Shown here piece by piece: positions 26,404-34,025 of a DNA stretch of 53,579 bases. The translations under genes and the position numbers were made by a program. The DNA is from Chloroflexota bacterium (GTDB taxonomy: Bacteria; Chloroflexota; Limnocylindria; Limnocylindrales; CSP1-4): assembly GCA_013698095.1 (NCBI GenBank), contig JACCVQ010000030.1, forward strand, positions 1-53,579, given 5' to 3'. The notes under the pieces are model-generated. The model saw nothing but the letters and a program-made list of their open reading frames with translations, was not told the origin of the DNA and did no database searches. Within the stretch, counting starts at the first letter, position 1, and every line of letters starts with the position of its first letter.

Positions 26404-26813
26404 CGGTTCGCGTTCCGCAGGCGGCGCGCCTGCGCCTGGAGCATCCGGTACATCAACGGCGGGTTGTCGAGCAGGACCGGCTGGACCTGAGGGCCTGACA
26501 GGACGAGCGTCCGGAGCGGACGCGACGCCACGATGTCGGCTCCGGGCGCCTCGCCGAGCAGGATCGACACCTCGCCGAAGAAATCGCCTCGGGCGAGGGT
26601 CGCGCGCTGGTCGCCGTCGATGACGACCGCGGCCTCGCCGTCGAGGATGATGTGAAAGGCCGAGCCGGAGAGGCCCTGGCGCAGGACCCGGGCGCCTTCC
26701 GGGTACACCGCCTCCTCGAACATGTGGGCGATCCGCTCGAGCTGGGGCGTCGCCAGGTCGGCGAACAGCGCGAAGCTGGCGATCTGGTCGACGATTTCGT
26801 CGGTGCTTGCCAT
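26391..26813 (-). CDS. Stand-alone cyclic-nucleotide-binding (CAP effector) domain protein
   Basis: 140 aa. FALFADL...VLRQGLSGSAFHIILDGEA...RGDFFGEVSIL (FGE phosphate-binding cassette). No HTH domain. Confidence 0.85.
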   Translation of the reverse strand: MASTDEIVDQIASFALFADLATPQLERIAHMFEEAVYPEGARVLRQGLSGSAFHIILDGEAAVVIDGDQRATLARGDFFGEVSILLGEAPGADIVASRPLRTLVLSGPQVQPVLLDNPPLMYRMLQAQARRLRNANRWRS

Positions 26814-26960
26814 GGGTGGTATCCCTCGCTTGTTCCCTCCGTGCATTCTGACATCGGACGGCGCAAGCGACGCATCGATCAGGACGGCGCTCCGGAGGCG
26901 GCGGCGGTTGACGAAGACCCGCTCGAACCCGCAGCATCGAGACCTGCCAGAGGAGAATTC

Positions 26961-27389
26961 GTGACCCTGACCGAGGATCGTCGAACCGAGCTGCTCGGCG
27001 GCTGCCCGCTGTTCACGGGCGTCCGACCCGAGGACCTGGCGGCGATCGGCGAGCGAGCGCTCGAGGTCGACTTCGGCGCCGACCATGTGATCGCCCGCCA
27101 GGGTGAGATCGGGACCGGGCTGTTCGTGATCGTGGAGGGCGCCGTTCGCGTCGTCCGTGATGGCGCCGAGCTCGCCCGCCTCGGTTCGGGCGACTTCTTC
27201 GGCGAGATGTCCGTGATCGACGGCCTGCCCCGCATCGCCCAGGTCGTGACCACCGAGCCGACCCGCTGCCTGGCCCTCGCCAGCTGGGAGTTCGAGCGGC
27301 TCGTCCTGGACCATCCCGCGATCAGCCTGGCGATCCTGCGCGGTCTGTCGGCCCGGCTCCGGGCGAAGACCGAACTGCCCCAGCACTGA
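26961..27389 (+). CDS. Stand-alone cyclic-nucleotide-binding domain protein, or the N-terminal domain of the downstream cyclase
   Basis: GTG at 26961 with AGGAGA 5 nt upstream. CPLFTGV...IARQGEIGTGLFVIVEG...GDFFGEMSVI. It ends at TGA 27387-27389, in the same frame as the cyclase ORF. Confidence 0.85.
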   Translation: MTLTEDRRTELLGGCPLFTGVRPEDLAAIGERALEVDFGADHVIARQGEIGTGLFVIVEGAVRVVRDGAELARLGSGDFFGEMSVIDGLPRIAQVVTTEPTRCLALASWEFERLVLDHPAISLAILRGLSARLRAKTELPQH

Positions 27390-30161
27390 CCGAGGCCCGC
27401 CACGGAGCCCACCGCCGGACGATTCCTGCCGACCGGGACCGTCGCCTTCGTCTTCACCGACATCGAAGGCTCGACCCACCTCGCCCAGACGCTCGCGGGT
27501 GACCGCTGGGAGGCGCTCCTCGACCGCCATCGGGCGCTAATCCGGGCGGCGGTCGCGGACCACGGTGGGCACGAGGTCCTGACCGAGGGCGACGGCTTCT
27601 TCCTGGTGTTTCCGCGGACCGCCGATGCCGTTGCGGCAGCAGTCGATGCCCAGCGCGCCCTGGCAGGCGAGCCGTGGCCGGACGACACTCCAGTCAGAGT
27701 CCGGATCGGGATCCATACCGGCGACGGTCGGCTCGATCGTGACGGCTCGTACGTCGGCGCGGATGTTCATCGGGCGGCCCGGGTTGCGGCCGCTGGGCAT
27801 GGCGGCCAGATCCTGGTGTCCGAGACGACGTCGACCCTCGTCGCCGACGAGCTGCCCGCCGGCGTCGCGCTGCGCGGCCTGGGCGAGCATCGCCTCAAGG
27901 ACCTCCGGCCCGAGCGCATCTGCCAGGTCGACATTGCCGGACTTCGAACCGAGTTTCCCCCGATCCGCTCCCTCGACCGACGGCCCAACAACCTGCCGAC
28001 CCAGCTGACCAGCTTCGTCGGGCGCGACGCCGAGCTGCGCGCGGCCGGCGAGCTGCTTCGCTCGACCCGGCTGCTGACCCTGACCGGCCCGGGCGGCACG
28101 GGCAAGACCCGCTTGTCGCTCCAGCTCGCCGCCGACGTCGCCGAGCGCTTCGCCGATGGGACGTGGTTCGTGGCGCTGGAGCCGGTCCGCGACCCTGGCA
28201 TGGTCGCGGCCACGATCCTCACGACGCTCGGCCTGGTCGAGGCGGGCGGGCGGCCCGCCCGCGACATCCTCATTGACTGGCTGGAGGGGCGCGAGGCCCT
28301 CCTCGTCCTCGACAACTTCGAGCAGGTGATCGACGCCGCGCCGACGGTCGCGGCCATCCTCCGCGGCGCTCCGCATGTCTCTTTCGTCGTCACGAGCCGG
28401 GCTCCGCTCCGGGTCAGCGGCGAGCAGGAGTACCCCGTTCCAGGGCTGCCCGCTCCGCGTGACGTCCTCGCTCTGACGGACCTCGAGAAGATGAATCTGC
28501 CGGCCGGCGATCGGCTCCTGGGCGCGGCGGCCGCGACGATGTACGAGGCGGTTCGCCTGTTCGTCGCCCGCGCCGTCGCGGTCCGTCCCGACTTCACGGT
28601 CACCAACGACAACGCACCGGCCGTGGCCGCGATCGCCGCCCGCCTCCACGGGATGCCGCTCGCCATCGAGCTCGCAGCCGCGCGCGTCAAGCTGCTGTCG
28701 CCCGATGCGATCCTCGAGCGGCTGGAGCACCAGCTCGGGGTCCTGTCGGCCGGCGCACGGGACCTGCCGGAACGGCAGCAGACGCTGCGCGGCGCGATCG
28801 CCTGGAGCCACGACCTGCTCGGCGAGGGCGAGCGTCGCCTGCTTGCCCGCCTGTCGGTATTCGTTGGTGGCTGCGAGCTCGACAGCGCCGAGGCGGTCTG
28901 CGGACCGCCGTCGGAGCTGGATGGCGTCGAGGTCATCGACTGCCTGACCTTCCTCGCGGACCAGAGCCTCGTCCGGGCGGAGGATGTCGAGGGTGGCCTC
29001 CGGTTCCGGATGCTCGATACGATTCGCGAGTTCGCGGCCGAGCAGCTGGAGGAGCGAGGCGAGCGGGTGGAGATCAAGCGTCGCCACACAGAGACGTTCG
29101 TCGCCTTCGCGGAAGCCCTCACGCCGCGCCTGTCGAGAGACGATCAGCGCCTCTGGCTCGGCCGGCTCGAGCGCGACCACGACAACATCCGGGCGGTTCT
29201 CGACCGGGCGGTCGCCGCCGGCGACGGGCAGACCGCGATCCGGCTCGGGTTCGCCATGTGGCGCTACTGGCAGAAGCGCGGCCACCTCGCCGAGGCCCGC
29301 CGCCGACTCCAGGCGATGGCCGATGCGCCGTGGTCGCGCGACGATCCGCGCCTCCGGGCCCGGCTCATGGAGGCGTTCGGCGGGGTCTGCTGGTGGCAGG
29401 CGGACATCGCGGCGATGGGTCGCGCCTATGCGGAGGCGCTGGAGCTGTGGCAGTCGATCGGCGACGAGCGCGAGATCGCGAATGCCCTCTACAACGACTC
29501 GTTCCGCTTTGCCGTCAGCGTCACCCCGACGGGCGACCGGGACCCCGAGCGGCTGGGCTACAAGCAGATGCATCGGGCGCGCGAGGCCGCCACCGCTGCG
29601 GGCGATGAGCGCGGACGGGCGAACGCGCTCTGGGGGATCGGCAACTGGCTCTACTTTCACGCGGCCGACGACAGCGGGATCAGCCAGTTCGATGAGGCGC
29701 TCGACGTGTTCCGGCGGCTCGGCGATCGGACGATGGAGGCGTGGTCCCACCACATGCTCGGCATCGCCCAGATCCGGTTCGGGCAGCTCGACGAGGCCCG
29801 CCGCAACGGGCACGCAGCGATGCGCCTGTTCCACGGCTTTGGCGACGTGGCCGGGATCACGCTCTCGCTCGACGACTTCGCCTCGATCGCGATCGCGGCC
29901 GGCGACCTGCTGCGGGCGGCGAAGCTGTGGGGCGCCGCCCGGGCCCTGTCCGCGGCCGGGGGTGTCGGTCTGGCCGATTTCGTCGACAGCCAGTTCGAGT
30001 TCTACGGCCGGCCGAGCACCCGGGACACGATCGATCCGGAGGAGCTGGACCGGAACGCCCAGGAGGGCCGGGCGATGACGCTCGACGAGAGCGTGGCGTA
30101 CGCGCTGGAGGTGTCGATCGACGAGCTGGCGCCGCACGACCACGCCGGCGCGAACCGGTGA
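27390..30161 (+). CDS. Class III adenylate/guanylate cyclase domain, P-loop (STAND/NB-ARC-like) ATPase and TPR protein; start codon unresolved
   Basis: GTVAFVFTDIEGST (27435-27476), EGDGFFLVF and RIGIHTGD; Walker A GPGGTGKTRL; TPR-like C-terminal half. The first in-frame ATG/GTG/TTG is at 27606, inside the cyclase domain. Confidence 0.85.
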   Translation, partial: PRPATEPTAGRFLPTGTVAFVFTDIEGSTHLAQTLAGDRWEALLDRHRALIRAAVADHGGHEVLTEGDGFFLVFPRTADAVAAAVDAQRALAGEPWPDDTPVRVRIGIHTGDGRLDRDGSYVGADVHRAARVAAAGHGGQILVSETTSTLVADELPAGVALRGLGEHRLKDLRPERICQVDIAGLRTEFPPIRSLDRRPNNLPTQLTSFVGRDAELRAAGELLRSTRLLTLTGPGGTGKTRLSLQLAADVAERFADGTWFVALEPVRDPGMVAATILTTLGLVEAGGRPARDILIDWLEGREALLVLDNFEQVIDAAPTVAAILRGAPHVSFVVTSRAPLRVSGEQEYPVPGLPAPRDVLALTDLEKMNLPAGDRLLGAAAATMYEAVRLFVARAVAVRPDFTVTNDNAPAVAAIAARLHGMPLAIELAAARVKLLSPDAILERLEHQLGVLSAGARDLPERQQTLRGAIAWSHDLLGEGERRLLARLSVFVGGCELDSAEAVCGPPSELDGVEVIDCLTFLADQSLVRAEDVEGGLRFRMLDTIREFAAEQLEERGERVEIKRRHTETFVAFAEALTPRLSRDDQRLWLGRLERDHDNIRAVLDRAVAAGDGQTAIRLGFAMWRYWQKRGHLAEARRRLQAMADAPWSRDDPRLRARLMEAFGGVCWWQADIAAMGRAYAEALELWQSIGDEREIANALYNDSFRFAVSVTPTGDRDPERLGYKQMHRAREAATAAGDERGRANALWGIGNWLYFHAADDSGISQFDEALDVFRRLGDRTMEAWSHHMLGIAQIRFGQLDEARRNGHAAMRLFHGFGDVAGITLSLDDFASIAIAAGDLLRAAKLWGAARALSAAGGVGLADFVDSQFEFYGRPSTRDTIDPEELDRNAQEGRAMTLDESVAYALEVSIDELAPHDHAGANR

Positions 30162-30509
30162 TCGAGCCCGCGGCCGCGCAGCGTTTCGTCGACGACGACC
30201 CTGATCGGTCGTTCTCGCCGCGGCGGCGGGGGGTTGTCGGTGGGCGCACCGTGGGGTCCCTCCTGATCGATCTGGTTGATCGAATACCCGACGGCTGAGC
30301 GTGGCCGCCGGCTCGAAGCGACCCGGCGTGTCGCTCCGTGCCGAGAGCGAAGCGCGGAAGTGACGATTGCGATCAGCGACAGTCATCAGAAACTGGCCGT
30401 CAGGCCCTCGGTCGCCGTCAATGGCCGTCCGTGGCCTTCGGTGCGGATCATCACGTCCCCGGGGGATAACCCGCGCCCGTTCGACGGGTCCGCGTCGTAG
30501 ACTTCGGCG

Positions 30510-31415
30510 ATGACCGCCGAGGCGACTCAGCCGCCCGCATTCCAGCCCGATTCCGGCCCACCGGCGCCTGTCACGGCGCCCCGCGAGAAGACCGCGATCC
30601 CGAAGAATCCGGGTCGTCGCGAGCTCGGGATGAAGGCCACCCTCCTGTTTCCCAACAAGGAGATCGTTGAGCAGTACTACGTCCCGCTGATCTACACCGC
30701 GTGCCGGACGTGCTACTCGGAGCTGACGCCGGACGACATCTTCGACCGGGCGGCGACCGGCCAGATCGACCAGGCGAAGATGCAAAAGTTGATCTCGGGC
30801 GTGATCGAGTCGGGGCACGGATCGACGATCGAGCACGTCGTCTTCACGTTCGGCATCAGCGGCGTCTCGCGGACCCTGTCGCACCAGCTCGTCCGCCATC
30901 GGGCAGGCGTCGCGTTCGACCAGCAGAGCCAGCGCTACGTGACGTTCAAGGGGGCGTCGACGATGCTGCCGGCCTCGATCGAGGACGCCGAGCCGGAGCT
31001 GCGCGACGCCTACAACGAGCAGATCGCGGGCTCGATGGACCTGTACGGCCAGCTCGTGGGAGCCGGGATCCCCGGTGAGGACGCCCGGTTCGTCTTCCCG
31101 AACGCAACCCGCACCAACCTCGTGATGACGACCAACCTGCGGGCGCTGATCCACATGTCCGGACTGCGACTGTGCACGATGGCCCAGTGGGAGATCCGTC
31201 GGCTGTTCCAGCTGATCCGCCACGAGATCTTCCAGGTGTCGCCGTTCCTCGGTTCGTTCCTCGCCCCGAAGTGCGTCGCCCTCGGCTACTGCGACGAGAT
31301 GGGCAACCGAGATGAGCACTGCCCCATCCGGCCCCACAAGGACAACGTCCTCGGCGCCTGGGCCGAGAAGTCGAAGGCCGCCAAGGCGGCGGGGCGCGAG
31401 CTGACCGTCAAGTAG
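30510..31415 (+). CDS. thyX: Flavin-dependent thymidylate synthase
   Basis: ThyX motif LVRHRAGVAFDQQSQRY. An alternative start is at 30630 (MKATLLF). The C-terminal tail is Cys-containing. Confidence 0.9.
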   Translation: MTAEATQPPAFQPDSGPPAPVTAPREKTAIPKNPGRRELGMKATLLFPNKEIVEQYYVPLIYTACRTCYSELTPDDIFDRAATGQIDQAKMQKLISGVIESGHGSTIEHVVFTFGISGVSRTLSHQLVRHRAGVAFDQQSQRYVTFKGASTMLPASIEDAEPELRDAYNEQIAGSMDLYGQLVGAGIPGEDARFVFPNATRTNLVMTTNLRALIHMSGLRLCTMAQWEIRRLFQLIRHEIFQVSPFLGSFLAPKCVALGYCDEMGNRDEHCPIRPHKDNVLGAWAEKSKAAKAAGRELTVK

Positions 31416-31418
31416 TGG

Positions 31419-32303
31419 TCAGGCGAGTCCGGCGACGAACCTCCGGATGACACGCGCGAGACGCGGGCCCGCCTCTGCCCCGGCCTCCAGCACCTCCTCG
31501 TGGCTCAGGGGCACGCCGCTGTAGCCCGCCCCGGCGTTCGTCACGAGCGACACACCGCAGACCTGGAGTCCAGCCCAGCGCGCCGCGATGCATTCGAGGA
31601 CCGTCGACATCCCGACCGCATCGGCCCCCAGTCCACGAAGCATCCGGACCTCCGACGGGGTCTCGTACTGCGGCCCGAGCAGGCCGGCGTACACGCCCTC
31701 CTCGAGCGCCACGCCCTCTGCCACGCCGGCGGCCTTGAGCGCCTCGCGGAGTCGCGGGCTCCAGGCATCGGTCAGGTCCTGGAACCGCGGGCCGATCGAG
31801 TCGGCGTTCGGGCCGTGGAGTGGGGTCCGGCCGGTCAGGTTGAGGTGGTCGGCGATGACCATCAGGGTGCCCGGTCCGAACGCCGGGTCGACCCCGCCGG
31901 CAGCATTCGTCAAGAGCACGATCTCGGCGCCGAGCCGGCCGAATAGCAGCACCGGCTGGACAACAAGGCCCGAATCGTTGCCCTCGTAGACGTGAAAGCG
32001 GCCCTGGAGCATCGCGACTGGCGTCCCGCCGAGGCGACCGAGGAGCAGCCGACCGACGTGACCGGGCGCGGTGGCGGCCGGCCAGCCCGGCAGGTCCGCG
32101 AACGGGATGGCGACGGCGTCCTCGACATCGTCGGCGAGGCCGCCCAGCCCGGAGCCAAGGACGATGCCGATCCTTGGCACCAGATCGGAGCGGGATCGGA
32201 CGGCAGCCTCGAGGGCGTCCAGCCGGGCGGGCTGCTCGGCCGGCGCGATGGGCCGGCTGGGGTCGATCGACGAGGTGGGCTGCGGCGCCGGCAACGTCGT
32301 CAC
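31419..32303 (-). CDS. punA: Purine nucleoside phosphorylase (PunA type)
   Basis: IVLGSGLGG, GRFHVYEG, YETPSEVRMLRGLGADAVGMSTV and SLVTNAGAG. GTG at 32303; the ORF is open to 32591, but the upstream part looks non-coding. Confidence 0.85.
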   Translation of the reverse strand: MTTLPAPQPTSSIDPSRPIAPAEQPARLDALEAAVRSRSDLVPRIGIVLGSGLGGLADDVEDAVAIPFADLPGWPAATAPGHVGRLLLGRLGGTPVAMLQGRFHVYEGNDSGLVVQPVLLFGRLGAEIVLLTNAAGGVDPAFGPGTLMVIADHLNLTGRTPLHGPNADSIGPRFQDLTDAWSPRLREALKAAGVAEGVALEEGVYAGLLGPQYETPSEVRMLRGLGADAVGMSTVLECIAARWAGLQVCGVSLVTNAGAGYSGVPLSHEEVLEAGAEAGPRLARVIRRFVAGLA

Positions 32304-32580
32304 GGGCGTGCGGGCCTCCGGATACGCGTCCAGGGGAAAGACGGCCGAGGCCCGCTTGATATGCCCGACGGACGTACCGACACCGGGATGCCGGTCACGG
32401 TCCGTCGGGCGGTCGTCGTCCGGACGGGAGCGGCCGAAGCCGTCGGGGCCGGGCAACGAAACGCCCGAAGCGACCGGCGCGGAGCGGAGGTCCTTGATGT
32501 GATCTCGGTGTCTCCGGTTCCTGACGGCCCCTTCGGGCAATGACGACGATACGGGGCGGCCGACGTGAGGGTCAACGGAC

Positions 32581-32655
32581 TTGTCCACCAACTGAGAGCC
32601 TCGACGTCATCGAGTATCCACGAGTTCTCCACGTCTGTGGACAAGCGGTGGACAA
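32581..32655. promoter_or_regulatory. Cluster of five DnaA-box-like 9-mers
   Basis: TTGTCCACC 32581-89, GTATCCACG 32614-22, TTCTCCACG 32625-33, TGTGGACAA 32636-44 (reverse complement of TTGTCCACA), and GGTGGACAA 32647-55. Confidence 0.55.
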
Positions 32656-32717
32656 CGTGGCTGACGCCGGGCTCGCGCGCCGCGCGCGCCCGGCGTCGCG
32701 GACCGCCGCCCGCGACC

Positions 32718-33782
32718 CTACCCGCCCATCGCGAACATCTCGATCCGCGGCAGCCGCGTCGATGTCGCCTCCGTCCGTTCCTCGGAGTAGCGGTCGTCGC
32801 GGACGCGCCAGACGGCGGCCACGGCCTCGCGCAGGACAGCGTCATCAAGCGCGCCCGCGGCCGCGGGGTCGCGCAGCACCGCCCGCAGATCGTGCCCGTC
32901 TCCGGTAAAGAGACAGGTGTAGAAGCGACCCTCGGCCGAAAGCCGGGCGCGCGTGCAGTCGCCACAGAACGGCTTCGTGACCGACGCGATCAGCCCGATC
33001 TCGCCGGTCCCCTCGGCGTGGCGGTAGCGGGTCGCGACCTCACCCCGGTAGCGCGGCGGCTCGGCCACGAGGGGCATCTCCGCGTCGACGAGCGCCACCA
33101 GCTCGTCGGCCGGGACAACGTCATCCATTCGCCAGCCGTTCGTGTGGCCGACGTCCATGTACTCGATGAACCGGAGCGTCACCCCGGCCGTCCGCGCCCA
33201 GCGGGCCATCGGCAGGACGCTCGATTCGTTGATACCGCGTCGCACGACCATGTTGATCTTCACCGGCCCGAGGCCCGCCGCCTGCGCCGCGGCGATCCCG
33301 TCGAGGACCTTGGCGACCGGAAAGTCGACCCCGTTCATCGCCCCGAACACGGCATCGTCGAGCGAGTCCAGCGACACCGTGACGCGGCCCAAACCGGCCG
33401 CCGCCAACGGTCCGGCCATCTTCCGGAGGGCCGACGCATTCGTCGTCAGGGTCAGGTCGAGCGGCTGCCCGTCCGGCCGCCGGATCGACGCCAGCATCTC
33501 GACCAGGGCCGGCAGGTCGCGCCGGACCAGGGGCTCGCCGCCGGTCAGCCGGAGCTTCTCCACCCCAAGCGACACGAACACCCGGGCCACTCGCTCGATC
33601 TCTTCGAACGTCAGGACTTCGGACCGGGGCAGGAATGCGTAGTCGGCTCCGAAGACCTCCTTCGGCATGCAGTACGTGCAGCGGAAGTTGCAGCGATCGG
33701 TGACCGAGATCCGCAGGTCACGGAGGGGCCGCTCGAGCCGGTCGACGAGCGCCGTGGCCGAAACGGCGCCAAGGGGTTCCAT
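32718..33782 (-). CDS. moaA: GTP 3',8-cyclase (molybdenum cofactor biosynthesis protein A)
   Basis: Radical-SAM CNFRCTYC, TGGEPL, C-terminal FCGDCTRARLSAEG, and a GG end. ATG at 33782. Confidence 0.93.
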   Translation of the reverse strand: MEPLGAVSATALVDRLERPLRDLRISVTDRCNFRCTYCMPKEVFGADYAFLPRSEVLTFEEIERVARVFVSLGVEKLRLTGGEPLVRRDLPALVEMLASIRRPDGQPLDLTLTTNASALRKMAGPLAAAGLGRVTVSLDSLDDAVFGAMNGVDFPVAKVLDGIAAAQAAGLGPVKINMVVRRGINESSVLPMARWARTAGVTLRFIEYMDVGHTNGWRMDDVVPADELVALVDAEMPLVAEPPRYRGEVATRYRHAEGTGEIGLIASVTKPFCGDCTRARLSAEGRFYTCLFTGDGHDLRAVLRDPAAAGALDDAVLREAVAAVWRVRDDRYSEERTEATSTRLPRIEMFAMGG

Positions 33783-34025
33783 GGCGTCATCGTAGCGGCT
33801 CCCGGGGCGGCGTCCCGATCTGGGCCCGGACCGGGCGCCGCGCAGAGAAATGGCGATGCGACGACGCACCGACCGGGCCTCGCGCAACGTGGTCCGGCCC
33901 CCCCGGCGGTACCACCGGCTTGATCCGCTGGTACCTCTAGCGGACTCCATCACACCGACCCTTGCGACCACACTGCGATCACGCCCTGAATCCCTGCGGG
34001 GCGCACCTGGAGAGGCACACGACGC

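Noticed and set aside
27387-27389. The in-frame TGA might encode selenocysteine.
   Set aside because: I cannot find a convincing SECIS-like hairpin in the ~40 nt downstream. The position is an inter-domain linker rather than a redox active site. No selenoprotein machinery is visible in the window. Read-through or mutation remain possible and are reported as a finding.
30443-30493. A tRNA-like T-arm (CCCGTTCGACGGG) suggesting a tRNA or tmRNA gene.
   Set aside because: Only about 50 nt can be folded. There is no D-arm, anticodon arm, CCA-compatible acceptor stem or tag-peptide reading frame. No canonical GGTTCGAATCC-type T-loop occurs in any intergenic region of the window.
27537-31337. A 1266-aa minus-strand ORF covering the cyclase and thyX region.
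   Set aside because: It is antisense to two genes with unambiguous motifs (class III cyclase/Walker A/TPR, and the ThyX RHR...SQRY motif). Its translation is low-complexity Arg/Asp/Gly/Pro. The same reasoning applies to 3637-5235(-), 32565-33923(+), 37860-40316(+), 49420-52092(+) and similar shadow ORFs.
32581-32655. The DnaA-box cluster might be the chromosomal replication origin.
   Set aside because: There are only five boxes, no adjacent AT-rich unwinding element, and no dnaA, dnaN or rpmH genes in the window. I report it as an extra-origin cluster or regulatory site instead.
33783-34025. A possible Moco riboswitch upstream of moaA.
   Set aside because: The 243-nt divergent region has palindromes (GGTACC...GGTACC, and CCGGTGGTACCGCCGG), but I cannot find the conserved Moco-motif segments such as CUCCGAG and the terminal AAGGAG pairing. 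I am not claiming it without a covariance-model search (RF01055).
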